Shown one piece after another: positions 13,100 to 26,654 of a DNA stretch of 64,000 nt. Positions within the stretch are counted from its first letter, which is position 1; each line of letters begins with the position of its first letter. Where the stretch lies: the NCBI RefSeq assembly GCF_036321535.1, contig NC_087444.1, positions 5,890,001 through 5,954,000 on the forward strand, read 5' to 3'. Origin of the DNA: Camelus dromedarius. Lineage: Eukaryota. A model generated the notes under the pieces. It did not search any database and was not told the DNA's origin. It worked only from the letters and a program-made list of their open reading frames with translations. Made by a program: the position numbers and the translations under genes.

Positions 13100-15130
13100 C
13101 AGGTGACATTCAAGCCTAGACATCTATTATCTTCCAGGTTCTTCTTGAAGACACTGCTCTATAGTCTTCTTTCCTTCGTGATGTCCCAAAGTACCTTCTT
13201 TTATCATTTCCTTCCTTCTTGAGGAATTTCCTTTAGTCATTCTTTTTAGCTATGCTTCCTGGAAATAAATTCTTAGGTTTCCTTGAGTTAAAAATGTCTT
13301 CTTTTCTGCTCATTCTTGAAGGAAATAGGATTCTAGGTTGATAGTTTTTTTCTTTCAACAACTGAAAAATATTTTAGCTATGCTTCCTGGAAATAAATTC
13401 TTAGGTTTCCTTGAGTTAAAAATGTCTTCTTTTCTGCTCATTCTTGAAGGAAATAGGATTCTAGGTTGATAGTTTTTTTCTTTCAACAACTGAAAAATTT
13501 CATTCCACTTCCTGGACTTCAGGGTCTCTGATGAGAAATCTCTTATCCTTAGAACTGTTAGTTCCCTATAGGTAAGATGTCATTTCTTTCTTACTTTCAA
13601 GGTCCTTTTTCAACTTTTCAGAGGTCTGATGATGATGTGTTTTGATATGAATTTCTTTTGACCTCTCCTGTTTCAGGTGCATTCAGCTTCTTGAATCTGT
13701 AAGTTTTTGTCTCTCACAAAAATTGGGAAGTTCTAAGACGTTATTTCTTTTTCACCTCCTTCCTTGACCTTCCCTCTGGCACTCTGCTAACAAGGATGTT
13801 AGCTCTCTTGTTATAATTTCAGTTTCCTGAGACTGTTTTTTTTTTTTTTTTCAGTATTTTTTTCTGTTTTTCAGATTGTTTAATTTCTCCTGCTCTGTCT
13901 TCCAGTTCACTGACTCTTTCTTCTGTCCTCCCCATTCTTCTGCTGAGTCCATAAACTAAGTTTTGTGCTTCTTATTGTATTTTTCAATACTGAAGTTTCC
14001 GTTTGGTTCTTTGTATCTTGTATTTCTTTGTTGAGATTTTCCATATTTTCCACTTGTTTCAAGCATGTTTGTTGCTTTAAAAATCTTTATCAGGTCATTC
14101 TAAATCTCTGTTATCTTGGTGTTGGCATCTGTTAACTGTCTTCTGCCATTCAGCTTGAGCTCTTCCTGGGTCTTGGTATGGTGAGAGATTTCCAGTTGAT
14201 ACATTGACATTTTGGATACTATGTTAAGAGACTCCTCACTCTGTTTAAAGCTTTTGTTTCAGTTGGCTGTTTTTGGACACCATCCTGGCAGGGGAGAGGG
14301 AGGACGCTGCCTCATTACCACCCAGGTTCCTTACTTGGCCTCCTCTGCCATCTGGGGAGCACAATTTCTTGCTACGGCTGGGAGAGGACTGGGTTCTGCT
14401 CCCCAGCAGGCCTCCACTGACAGCTCCCTGGCCGGCAGGGGCAGGAGTGCCCTGTTATCGTTCCCACTAGGCCTCCAGTGACACCAGAGGGGCGTGGGGG
14501 GAGGGAGAGCGTGACCTTGTTACCACTGGGTGGTGACAGACGTCCTGACTCGCTGTCAGATTTCCTCCGACACTACCCCGTGGGGGAGGAGAGGGGACAA
14601 TCGCTCATTACTCTCAGTGGGGGTGGAAATCCTGGCTTCCCACCTAAGGGAGCGCATTATTGCCCAGAAGCAATGCCAGGCGCCTTTGTTACAGCCTCCT
14701 GAGCTGGAAATAGAAGACCCCTGCTTGTCCTTTGTTTGGGTGGATGGGTGTGAGGCTGCAGTTTCTAGCTGTGGCATTTGGCTAGAGTAGAGCAGTTATG
14801 CTATAAAAGTTTTTTATCTTGCCAGGCTGTGCCTTTGCTGGTTCTCTGGATGGAAAAAGTAGGCATTCTTGTCTGCACCTGTTGTTGTGTCTGGGTTGAC
14901 GGATTCTTTGGCTCCAAGTCTGGGACATAGGAGGCAAAAGAAAACCCAGGAAACTCACCCCTTAGCTGTGCCCTGGGTCCTGTGAGATTCCTCGCCAGAC
15001 TGCCTTCCCTCCACCGTTCAGAGTCTCTTTATGGTAGTTTTATGTATAAAGGTGTTTAATTGTACTTACTGGGAAGCAAAGGGAAAGTGCGCCTACTCCG
15101 TCTTCTTGGGAGCAGAAGTCTGCCTCCGTT
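13100..15130 (-). mobile_element. Old L1M LINE, 5'UTR plus ORF1 region (same sense as DPYD)
   Basis: Antisense ORF1 hallmarks: aggattctaggttgatagttttttc, tctctgatgagaaatct, ttcagcttcttgaatctgtaag, ttgggaagttct. A GC-richer 5'UTR at about 14260-15130 has repeated ggcctcca(c/g)tgaca and ctcattac units. Confidence 0.75.
13244..13498. repeat. Perfect 127-bp tandem duplication (period 128)
   Basis: 13244-13370 is identical to 13372-13498, separated by a single A. Confidence 0.95.
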
Positions 15131-16055
15131 AGCATTTTGATACATGTTATTTCCACTTTACATTATGTTTCATAACAGGATGTTAACTCTGATTGTCAAA
15201 TTGGCAACATAAGATACTGCACTTAAGTTTCTTGCCAGAAAATATATGTGGTGCTAAGCATTTCTGCTTCTCAGTTACTGTTAGTGCTAGATAGTAAGGA
15301 GGCATATTAAAAGAAGATTATCTCTGAGGTCACAGCCTAGTCATCGTATGAAAAATTTTATTCCTGGGCCAAGTCAGACCACCCAAACCTGAATATCTTG
15401 TCCCCCAGAGAAATGCTTATGCTATAATGCGCTGAGACACTGCACTGGGTCTATGCTGAGCAACGTCGTAATATAAAAAGCAAGTGTGTAAATAATACAA
15501 AAAACTAAAGAACTCTAAGCTGTTTTAGAGGTGCTGATAAGAGTGGAATGTGCTACACTTCAAAGTATCACTTGAGGAAGTCAATGGATGAACTTCCTCA
15601 GCTCTGTACCACAAGACGGCAAACAATGAATTTACTTCTCTATTTTGAAAGGATGAATCCAGTGATGTATTTGCTTGGGCTACCAGGAAGTTCAGAGTCA
15701 AGTTTGCTAATCCTTCTGAGCCACATGACATCAACTTTGTGTATTGGCCTTACCCTTGACTTTTTTATTTTTCAAACAAGGTTTTACTTTTACCCAGATT
15801 TCCTCATGTATTTGGTTTTTATCCGGTAGTACAGGATGTATTTGGTACCTGATCTCGTTTATTGTAGAAACAGATAGGTGACCAAATACATTTAAAAAAA
15901 AATAGAGGGTTTGTCAGCCCTCAGTAGGACAGGAAGTGAACCTCAGGTCTCTGCTCAACTCATAACAGAAACTTAATGAATGCTGCGGGTTTTGATCCCA
16001 CACTGGCTCTTCCTCAAGGGACCCTGAATGAATATATTCATGGTCACATAGGTTA

Positions 16056-16281
<226 letters not shown>

Positions 16282-17171
16282 CGCATTGACCACCTGGGCA
16301 CATCACCTACAATCACTATTACACTGATGGCAGTGTGGTGGCATGTGTAGTGTGGCCATGGTATAGAATGGCAGCATTGCACTAGACAAAATTCAAATGT
16401 CTTTATGTCTATTTAAGACGTATACATATGCAATATATAAACATCGTTCTGTTTCAAAGTATGCTAATGTGTAAATGGATGTGTATTTATTTTAGGGCTG
16501 ATGCTATAATTGCACGCAGGCATGTCAGGGAAGTGGGTGTAGCAATTCTAGAGCTCTTGCATAAAACACATACGTATTGCAATTTGATATACAGGCATGT
16601 GTAAAACATTGTATGGAACACTCAAGCATCTGTTTTGAAAAGAACAAGGACCAGCACATTTTGAAAAAGAAAAACAATCGCATGTAGTGCATAAGTAGAC
16701 ATACAGCTCTGTTGTGTTTCTGCGAAGTGTAAAGCAGCTGGTGCGAACAGAGACACTGTGAAAACAAGCAAGGTGCCCATGAACTTGCAGATTCCATACT
16801 GCATTTTCCATGGATTTCCCCAAATCTGATGAAACATAGTGAGCCTAATCTAGTTTTTCATACACTAGGAAATTTCAACCAAGTTAAAGAGAATTTACTC
16901 GAATTCAGTCATTAGTGTGTGTTTAATTTTTTATACTTTACTTAACCAAACATTACTGATACATTATTAATTGTAACAAAAGCTGCATGGGTGGACAAAA
17001 TACTCTGAGGTCATTTTTTACATGATTATACTGTACTAAGGCTGCTTCAGACTCTCAAGGGTTAACACAACCTGGAGTAAATTAATGTACTCATAACATA
17101 GCAATATAATTTGATATTTCTGATGTACATGCACAGGTCAATGGTCTTTTAAGGCATTTTCTGACCACTTT

Positions 17172-17286
17172 ATTTGGGGGGCCTGGTAATTAGGTTTATT
17201 TATTTATTTAATGGAGATACTGAGGATTGAACCCAGGACCTTGTGCATGCTAAGCACATGCTCTGTCACTGACCTATACCCTCCCC
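17172..17286 (-). mobile_element. Camelid-type tRNA-derived SINE (Vic-1-like)
   Basis: Reverse complement ggggagggtataggtcagtgacagag...gggttcaatcctcagtatctccattaaataaataaataaacctaattac is closely similar to the copy at 45597. Confidence 0.88.
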
Positions 17287-19979
17287 ACTAAAAGGCATTT
17301 TCCAGAGTAAAAATAGTTGCGTTTCTGCAAGAATGTGGCACTGCTTCAAACCAGAGCTCCACAAACAGCAATACAAGCGAACAGTAAAATAAGCATCGTG
17401 TAGTGAGCATTTTAACTTCACCTCCCCGACAAGCATCCTTCCAGTGTCACAATAAGTCTTCTTTGTTGTGCTCACTTTAAGGAAGCACAAGTAACTTCCA
17501 TTAAAATCGGTGGTTTTCTTTTCTGTTCATTTCAGATGAAACTGAATTTACGTGTAACTAACGATTTTGGACTCAACACCAAAACGTTTTTTGGAAATGT
17601 CCACGTGGTGCTTCTACACTTAAACAGCTTCTTCTTGATATTAGTGTTTATTAGTCAAGAATGTTTAATGCTGACACTTCAGAATTCCATAATCCATAAC
17701 CGACATTTAAACACAAGGCAGTAAATCAGGGCAAATTAGAAACTGAACATCCAGATTCTATTCCTACTTCAAAATATTTATCAGTGACTTCTTCTTAGTC
17801 TGTAGGTTTGACCATAAAAAAGGCGAACATAGTGGATAGGAGAACATAAAGCCAGAAAACACACACACGCACATATTTACATACACATATCTTTAGCTAT
17901 ACTAAAAAGAAATCCAAGAGTAGAAGTTAAAAGAAAGCATTTTTAGCATTTTAAGGAAATCTGTCACTTAAATAAACCTTTTAGAAAGACACACAGTTAC
18001 CTCAGCATAATATAATTGACACGTTCAATATATACTATGGTGATGGCGCCTTTACACACGTTACTTTGAAGTAATAAAGAAACATTGGGATTCTTTTTTT
18101 TTTTTTTCTTATTTAGTTGACCCTGGAGAGTAAAGGAAATTTGAGCTAGAGCAGATAAATAATTTATGTCTCACTGCACTGTTAGAAAACTATCACTAAC
18201 ACTAAGGGGTAAAATTTCAGAGTGGTACACAGGGATTTGGCCACATATTCCAATTGGTATTAATGGACATCAAATGGCAAAGTCCCAGAACACAGCTTTG
18301 GAAATTTAACCAGTTACATTTAAAGGGCAACATTATTACACAGGTGTTCAAAAACATCAGCGAATCCTTGGTGGCATTTGAAGATGTTCAATTAGGTCAA
18401 TAAGACGTTTTCTATTTCATGTTTTTCTTCCTTTTCTAAAACTTTTGTAATCTACCTAATGAACATGAAAACCTTTCAAACTAATAAAGGTATCTTTTTA
18501 AAAACTAAGAGTAATTATGTTCTCTGAGGAAATGTGGTACAAAAATGAAGAACTAGATCCTTCTGCTGCTGGGTAATAGTGAATTCAGTTGTAATTTCCA
18601 TTATAAAGTCCATTTGATCGGTTTTCTTTATAACTCAGTTGATTTAATATGAAATACAATCTACCTGTTCTCAGCATTTTTGTGGGGAATAGATTTTAGA
18701 AATGACTTTTACCCATCATGAAAGGTTTTTGGAAGGAATTTGAAGGTATATAACAGGTTCTTTCTAAATTGTTATATAGAAATTTCTTTTTAGTTTTAAA
18801 ATGACAGAAATGAAGAAATAATAGGTTCAATATAAAAATAAAACTTCTGCTGTCAAGGAAATACATATGTCAATACCACACAGGATTGTGCATAGGTTAA
18901 TTAAAATGCATAAATATTTCCAGAATCACGCTTATTGAGAAAAGAATTTTTTAAATTTTATCACGGCTACAGCGATTAATGATTTTAGACCAAAGACCAG
19001 GGAGAAAGAAGCCAGTTTCAGAAGCTTAAGGAATTGAATGTGGACTCCATCCTAAAGGAAATAACAAGGTTTAAATCAAGAAATTGAAATCCTGTATGCT
19101 TAAATTAACTAACTAATTAATTAACAGGCAATGTGCAATTTAAATTAAGCCTCATCTGCATGGGGTAACCAGATGAACCTGGTGGGAAATTCAGTTACAT
19201 AAAGCTCTTCTGTTTCAACTCTGTGAGAAGCACTAATGAAAAGTCAAGCCATTTGGAATCCCCAAATTTTGAAACAAGCTGCAGTTTCAAACAAACGAAC
19301 AAACAAAAAGCGAACTAGATGTCTGAGTTCCAACATTGCTGCTCAGAGATCTGATTTGTTCCTGAGTGGTCCTCGTGGATAAGCTGGGGAACTAGACTGA
19401 ACTTTTGGTATCTAATCAATCTAGCCTTCCATATAGTCACATTTCAAAATGCAAATCAGCATTTCAATTCATAGATCTCAGATAAACTTTACAGAACAAT
19501 GAATTGATTCAAGGTCTAGAAAGAAATGTTTTAGTAAGCTGGAGATTTATTTTCTTAAGAAAAGGATACTCCATTCTCTTAAATGCAATTCCAAAAATGC
19601 TACCATTAGTAGTAGTATTAGGTACTGATATGTAAGTATTACTGTATTATAACATAAACAGGTTCCTTACCCAGGCCTCCTTCATTCATTCATCTGTGCA
19701 TTTGTCTATTCAAGAAATATTAAGCAGCTATGCCTTCTTTTAAAAAAGAGACAATTGTATCTGAATCCAAAAAGCTTAAAAGGACAATCCCAGTTCATCA
19801 GCTTGTGTTCTAACCGTACTGCCAGCCGGGGGAGATGCCCAAACACCAGCCTCTGGTCTCAGGAGGTTGTTTCAGGTTAAATGAGTCCAATGATTCATTT
19901 GTACACATGTTCCATTAGGACAATTTCACATTCATTTAAACATCATACATTTTATAGTTTTATAATTACTACTAACAGA

Positions 19980-20240
19980 AATTCTAGAAAGAAGGGAATT
20001 TGAGGACGAACTAGTTACAACATCAGAGAGACAACAGGGCCAACTGTTTAGGCTCAAATCCCAGCTCCTCTGCTTACAAGCCATGTAGCTTTGTGAACAT
20101 TTCTTAGTCTCACTGTGCCTCTGCTTTTTCATCCATTAAATAATAAAATTATATAACACCTTAGAGCTGTTCTGAAGATTAAATGATTTAACGTATGTAA
20201 AGGGCTCATGCACAATAAAAAATTACACAGATGTTTGCTC
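19980..20240 (+). mobile_element. MIR SINE
   Basis: aaatcccagctcctctgcttac...tgtgcctctgctttttcatcc...gaagattaaatgatttaacgtatgtaaag. Confidence 0.8.
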
Positions 20241-21929
20241 TGTGACCTGCACAGCCCATGAGGACAGCTGATTTCACGAGCATTCGTTTAGTCTACTCTG
20301 TGCCCTCTGTGTTGTTGCTGCGTGCTCAGTAACGCAAGGAAGCCAGTTTTCTTTGTTGGAGACGAGAGCAGGATGCCTGTGATGCTGGGACTTTATCACA
20401 CTTGCTGCCTTAGCAGAAACACACCTCTCCCTTCACTCTCCTCCTCTCCCACAGCCTTCATTGAGTGGTTATCGTAAGGACGGTAAGATTCACAGACTCC
20501 AATGGTAAAAATCTCAAAGGCAGACATCCATACAGTTAAGGTTTTAGTTTGAGAATCAAAAAGTCCGTGTACTAAATCAATATACAAGAATTTTAATGAC
20601 AACATCAGAACGTGAGTTTATTGGTGAGAAGGAAGCAAAGCTCTGCTTAGCATGACTAAATCCTTGAAGAGAAAAGACATTTTTAATGGGCAAGATAGTG
20701 TGGAGCATATGCTAATTTTGGATAACTGGAAGTTTGAATAATTGAGTTCAATTCTGTTTGTTTTTTCCCTAATCATCTGACTCCTAGGACAGTTACTGTT
20801 ACAGAATTAATTGTTGGAGCTAAGTCCACAATAAACTCCCTGATAATAGCTCTAGCTGGCAATAAAACAGAAATTGGGTTATAATACTCACTCGTGTTCA
20901 CTGTGTATACAAAAAGGAAATGTAGTTTTAATTTGCTTACATTAATTAAAATATAATGAATTAAGTGGATAACAAATTCATTAGAAATTGAACTTTGACT
21001 GCCTAATTGTTAATAGTTTTAACATCAAGCAGAGGAAAGAAAATATTAGCAAATCAAGAATTTCAAGGATTTAGGAGTTGAGAGATTGATTTTTGTAAAA
21101 TAGACATAAATCAAGCACCAAAAATGTATCCTTTAAAACAACTTTAAAATGTTAATGAACCTAATAGGCTGATAAATATGTAAAGCACAGCTATTTAAAA
21201 ATACATCTTTACACATGGATTAAAGTCCTCTGAGAAAATTAGCATAATTCAACCAGAAACCGAAGCACTAAAAGGTTCCAGGGTTATATCTAGAGATACG
21301 AAAGCTAAAGAGGGCAAATGGGAGGAAGAAAACCAATTGTTTTATGCTGTTGTTATTTTAGGTTTATTGGAAAAGCTGAACACTTTCTTATGAAGATGAT
21401 TTAATTTTTGTTGACTATTTCAAGATATTTTTCCTGAATCCTCATATCTTTATAGCTATGTTTATCTGCTTCAGAACATTTTCAATACGTGCGTAGTCAA
21501 TTCATATCCTATCACTCGGGACCTAGCACATGCCAGGCATTTTATTTTCAAGCAATAGAAGTACTATTCTTCACCAGAGAGGGGGTGGTTTTCCTTCCTA
21601 AAACTGTGAGGGGCTGGTATGGAAGGAGCCAGAGGGCGTGTGCATGGGGTGGTCTCGTCACCTACACGGTGTGATTTAACCCCGACAGTGCTGGGCAGCT
21701 ACATACCATCATCTCTGTTTTGTATGGGAAGAAAGGGAATCTCTAGCTGAGTAAATATCTTGTTTGATGTCAGACGGTTTAAAGGAGATGGACAGAAAAA
21801 GACCACCAAGTCTCTGTGACATCAGAGCCCATACTTGTAGCTGAGAAACGACGGTGGAGCAGTTAGGAAGAGGATCATCTTTGTACTGTCTTTGAGAAAA
21901 TCAGTATCCATGTCGCCGAAGGTCTAATG

Positions 21930-22170
21930 ACAAGAGCACCGGTTCTGAAGCCCAGCCAACTAAGCGTGAGTCTCAGCTCCGGCACATTACACAACTGTTA
22001 CTCTGCGCAAGCTCCTTAGCTTCCCAGAACGTCAGTTTTCCCACCTGTGAACCAGCGACATCAATGACAGTAATATTATAACAACTCGGGGGTCTTACAT
22101 GTTACAATTTGTGGAAAGCACTTGGCACGGTGCCTGGCTCACAGCAGACATGGGCTAATGTTACTAGCTG
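21930..22170 (+). mobile_element. MIR SINE
   Basis: aagagcaccggttctgaagcc...gtcagttttcccacctgtgaa...aaagcacttggcacggtgcctggc. Confidence 0.8.
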
Positions 22171-22379
22171 AGCCAGAGACAACTGATCAGAGCCATAAAT
22201 TTTCACTATAAACACGTGGGGATAAACATTTAGTACTTAAAGGATGTTAATGAATCTCCTAGATGTCAAAAGTGGAGATCCTAAGTCATTTTATTTCTAA
22301 AATATTATAGTTTGAATCTATGATTGCAAATGCATGTTTGTGTGAATAAATCTTTATTAGATTTATAATGCAATTACAA

Positions 22380-22800
22380 TATCTAAATACATGTGTCTCA
22401 TTCAGAAACTCCACTTTGAGAAATCTATTCCATTAGTACACAGATGCAAAGTTGCATGTACAAAGATGTTCCTTGAAGTACTGTTTTTTTAATAGCAAAA
22501 CAGTGAAAACAACCTAAATAATCACTAGTAGTCATGCTATTAAATAAATTATAGTTCATTCATGTATGATACACTAAGAAACCTTTAAAATTGACACAGC
22601 AATAGCTCTACGATATAATGTTAAGTCTTAAATCATAAGTAGCAGAACAGTATATATGGTGTGGTCCCATTTCAGGTTAAATAAAGTATGTTACATTTAG
22701 TATGCAGGCATGTCAATGCATAGAATGCTGAGTTTTAAACTGTTACCATCTCTGGGGAACAGGTTGGAGAGAAACTTTCAAGTTTGATGTCTATACTTCC
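22380..22800 (+). mobile_element. Old L1ME-type 3' fragment
   Basis: caaagatgttc...aatagcaaaacagtgaaaacaacctaaata...aataaattatagttcattc...cagaacagtatatatggtgtggtccc. Confidence 0.55.
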
Positions 22801-23049
22801 GTATTATTTGATTCTTTTAGTTACGAAAGTGTGATTCACTTCTGCAATGAAAAATGACTATCTTTTATAATGCTCCTAAAACAATAAAGGAATAAACATT
22901 TTCAGATTCTGTGCTATGAAATCTTTATATCCAGGATGTGTGATGATTCTACCCTCTGTATATTCAGAAGGGCGCATTTGCTTCTACAGCCAATATTTTA
23001 AGTAAAATGTTAACAAACTTAGAATAAATCTAGAACAGCTTGAATAGAA

Positions 23050-23052
<3 letters not shown>

Positions 23053-23092
<40 letters not shown>
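23053..23092. repeat. Compound microsatellite (TC)11(AC)9
   Basis: Read directly from the sequence. Confidence 0.95.
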
Positions 23093-23093
<1 letters not shown>

Positions 23094-23509
23094 ATGAGAT
23101 GGACCCAGAGATATAAGAAACTTATGAAAAGCTTTGTTTAGAATCAGATTGTAAGCGAAAACAGTAAAGCTAAATTTCAGCACAACAGCTTTATGAAAAA
23201 GCTTAGGTGATTTAGCAGAACACAGGTAAGCAAGAAAATATGTCACACTCATATCAAATTAAGGATGTTAAGTCATTTATGTCTGCTACTAGTATATGCA
23301 ACTTTAGTTTTGTGTAACACTATCTGCTAAAATAAACTCTATTCCCTATAACTTAAAATGTGTATGTATACGTATCATCTATATATTACATATATTATTA
23401 TGTAAATAGTTTACTATGTACAGTGAATTCCACTGTTTTGGCTGCCATAAAATCGATTTTGAAATAAAAATTAAAAAAATACTGTGTTTGTCTGTGTGTG
23501 TATGAAATG

Positions 23510-23825
23510 GCTGAGAGCAATCCCAATAGCTGTCTTCAAATCCTTAAAGGATAACCATGAAGAAAGGCTTCATCTGTGTTTTTCTCAAAAGATAACTAGA
23601 ACCAATGGTTAAGCACACACTGTGGGTTTTATTATTGTTATGTTTATCATTGCTTTGTTGTAAATTCAGTAACAGACATAGCTACACTGGAGTGTCCCTA
23701 TTTCTGGAAACTAAACGGGTGTTTGGCAGACAGTGGCAGGTGGGAGGCAACAGAAAAGACCTCTGCAGTATAGATAACATTGGATTAGATGATCTCTTCC
23801 AGTTCAAAATTCCAGAATACTATGA
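23510..23825 (+). mobile_element. L3/CR1-type 3' end
   Basis: aatagctgtcttcaaatccttaaagg...ggattagatgatctcttccagttc...ctatga. Confidence 0.6.
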
Positions 23826-24009
23826 GCTTTGACATGGTAGTTTAAAGAGCTATTTTATATGCTCTGTGGTTTCCCAATAGATATCAGTGATGAAGTTAAC
23901 TTAGAAAAGGATTATGTATGAGTTAAAATGAAATTCTGACATTCGATACATTCAATACAGAGACTCCTCTTTTGAGAGCTTTCTAATTGCTCCGTGTTAT
24001 TTCATACAT

Positions 24010-24190
24010 TGTTCCGATGACATTATTATAGGTATTTTTTGTTCTCAAATTTGTAGATGTGTAAATGGGACTCAGCAGAAATAAGTATCTCACCCTCGAG
24101 ATCACTCACTCAGAAAGTGTGGGTCCAGTATTTGAATCCAGGTCTATTTGACTCCCAATACCATGCTTTTAACCACATTACTACATTCCT
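24010..24190 (-). mobile_element. MIR SINE
   Basis: cagtatttgaatccaggtctatttgactccc...atgcttttaaccac. Confidence 0.7.
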
Positions 24191-24361
24191 TCCCTATTCT
24201 GATTGTTTGTATATTAATTAAATTATAGAGAGGAGTTAACAAGTTTTATAGCATAAAGATATGCTGTACACATATGACAAAACCGAGAATAATATTAGCA
24301 TTATATTAATTCTTGGCTAGGAATTAGGTTAAGACTATAGTAGTTAGTAATTGCTTTAACC

Positions 24362-24495
24362 AGAGAGACCATACGACCTTGACTGCTTGGGAGAGTCCCA
24401 GTTTATCATACTTGTATTTATTTGTAATTATATGATGTAATTACACTTTCACTCTAAAAGTATCCCAGTTTGGATGATGAATTATAATGATAATT
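24362..24495 (+). mobile_element. MER94-like hAT-Blackjack MITE
   Basis: gaccatacgacc...gggagagtcccagttta...tttcactctaaaagtatcccagtttggatgatgaattata follows the recalled MER94 consensus. Confidence 0.65.
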
Positions 24496-24687
24496 GTGTC
24501 CAGGAATTATAGGACAAAGACAATTATAGAAGCGAAGTGAAATTTGATTTAGAACAAAACACTAATCTATGAAAAACCTTAGAAACGAACTATATTGTCC
24601 AAGACTCAGAGGATGGCATGAAGAGATAAATTTCCTTAAATCTGTTGCCAGAGGGAAAACTATATGGCATTCCTATGTGATATCTGG

Positions 24688-24988
24688 NNNNNNNNNNNNN
24701 NNNNNNNNNNNNNNNNNNNNNNNNNNNNNNNNNNNNNNNNNNNNNNNNNNNNNNNNNNNNNNNNNNNNNNNNNNNNNNNNNNNNNNNNNNNNNNNNNNNN
24801 NNNNNNNNNNNNNNNNNNNNNNNNNNNNNNNNNNNNNNNNNNNNNNNNNNNNNNNNNNNNNNNNNNNNNNNNNNNNNNNNNNNNNNNNNNNNNNNNNNNN
24901 NNNNNNNNNNNNNNNNNNNNNNNNNNNNNNNNNNNNNNNNNNNNNNNNNNNNNNNNNNNNNNNNNNNNNNNNNNNNNNNNNNNNNNNN
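24688..24988. other. N gap (301 nt)
   Basis: Run of n; content unknown. Confidence 0.99.
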
Positions 24989-25689
24989 AATGAAATAGTA
25001 CAGTAAGCACATTCTTCAGTATGGCCAGCGAGGACATTCAGATGCAGAGAGAAATCCAGTGTGCAGACATGTTAGCACAGAGGGAAGACACACAGTCAAA
25101 AGAAAAAGGATTACTGACATAAGTACATTATCGCTCTTTCCAACTCAGCTTAGTTTTCAGGATAGATGTTACAACATATGTACTCTCTTTGGAAGCAAGA
25201 ATGGAGAGTTCTGTAAATTGATTCAAGGAATTGGCTGGTGTCAATTAAAATCATGAATCTATGAATATGTAAAATATACTCATTATTTGTTCAGTAACCT
25301 CTACACAAGAGGAACAAGCAGGGGATTTTTCTTACTCTCTTTAAAAAATATTTAAGTATGTTTTTACTTACAAAATGGTACAAAATTTCAAAGTAGAGTT
25401 ATCAAAAAAAAAAAAAAACCTACAAAAAACGGCTTTTCGATCTCAGCTAGTATTTAGCATTTAAAATGGAGCAGAGTGCCAATCTCAGTTTCTCCCTTCT
25501 TACTCAGGTCCCTGTTCTACTGAGACCTATTGATGAAGGCTCATCCAGCATTTCTGAGTCGCCAGAGATAAAACTCTCTGAGACTTTCACAATTTTTAAG
25601 CCGTTAGTCTTCATATGAGAAAAGAGAACTAAAATTCATAGCCAATGGCAATATCATTTTATGGCTAAAAAAGGAAATAATTTTGAGAG

Positions 25690-25830
25690 CTTACTAAATA
25701 CCAGGTGCTCCACTAAATTACTTCTTCTACACTATTAATTTGCATCCTCACAACAAGCCACAAATGCATTATCCTTCTTCTACAGATGAAGAAATTCAGG
25801 CTCGAAAAGGTTAAGCAGTATATGTATGTA
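25690..25830 (-). mobile_element. MIR SINE
   Basis: gagcttactaaataccaggtgct...tacagatgaagaaattcaggctcgaaaaggttaagca. Confidence 0.75.
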
Positions 25831-26654
25831 AGAAAGGCAGGGCTGCGCAGTAAAATGATGCATTACAACAATAAAGCAACTAGTTCACAATGTGACCATA
25901 AAATTCATTGATGAGTTTGAATTTGAGGGCTTTCCTTTATTTCCAGATTACCATATGCCTCAGTCCCTCCCGCATAAGCACTTCTGGCAGTGCTTTCAGC
26001 CTGTAAATATAATTAATTTATCTATAAATATAAATATATGGGCTCTTTAAAAAATACACATATTTTCTTAGCCAAGAGATTCTGAACCATGACAGATTTA
26101 GCCAACTTGGTGTATAAACATTTCTCATATGATTTTGCATAAGGATGTTCAGGGCAAACGTTATCACACCACATACAAATTTCACAATCTACATGTATTC
26201 AAAAATAGTTACATGAAGAGGAGAAAGAGGAAGGTTTCAATGACGATGACAATGCTGACAACCAGAGCTAGGCTTTGCCCCAAGAGAACCCAGGACAATT
26301 AGAAGTGAACATTTTTTGAAGACACAAAAAATAACAAAAAGTTCCCACATCCACTGAGATCATATTGTCTTTCTTTGGAAAGCCACGATTTCTGTCCTAA
26401 GACTCTGTGTTCGGTTGGCACTGTGGACGGCCCCACGGTCAGGGTGTCCACGGCAGCACCTGCCGAGCCGTAAACCCTCTCCTTTTATTCCCATGCTCTC
26501 TGCACCTTGCAGTGAATTGCCCGTGTAGATCTCTGTGCCCTGCGGGAAGGCTGTGCCCCTCGGAGTCTGCTGAGACCCTGGCTGTGCAGCAAGCACTGAG
26601 GCTTCGTTCTCTTCTTTGGGCTGGACACCTCTCAATGATAATAATGGGTTTTTA

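Noticed and set aside
17510-17724. Strong plus-strand acceptor followed by ATG and a 62-aa ORF
   Set aside because: There is no convincing downstream donor, the peptide is unrecognisable, and T-rich tracts are common in introns.
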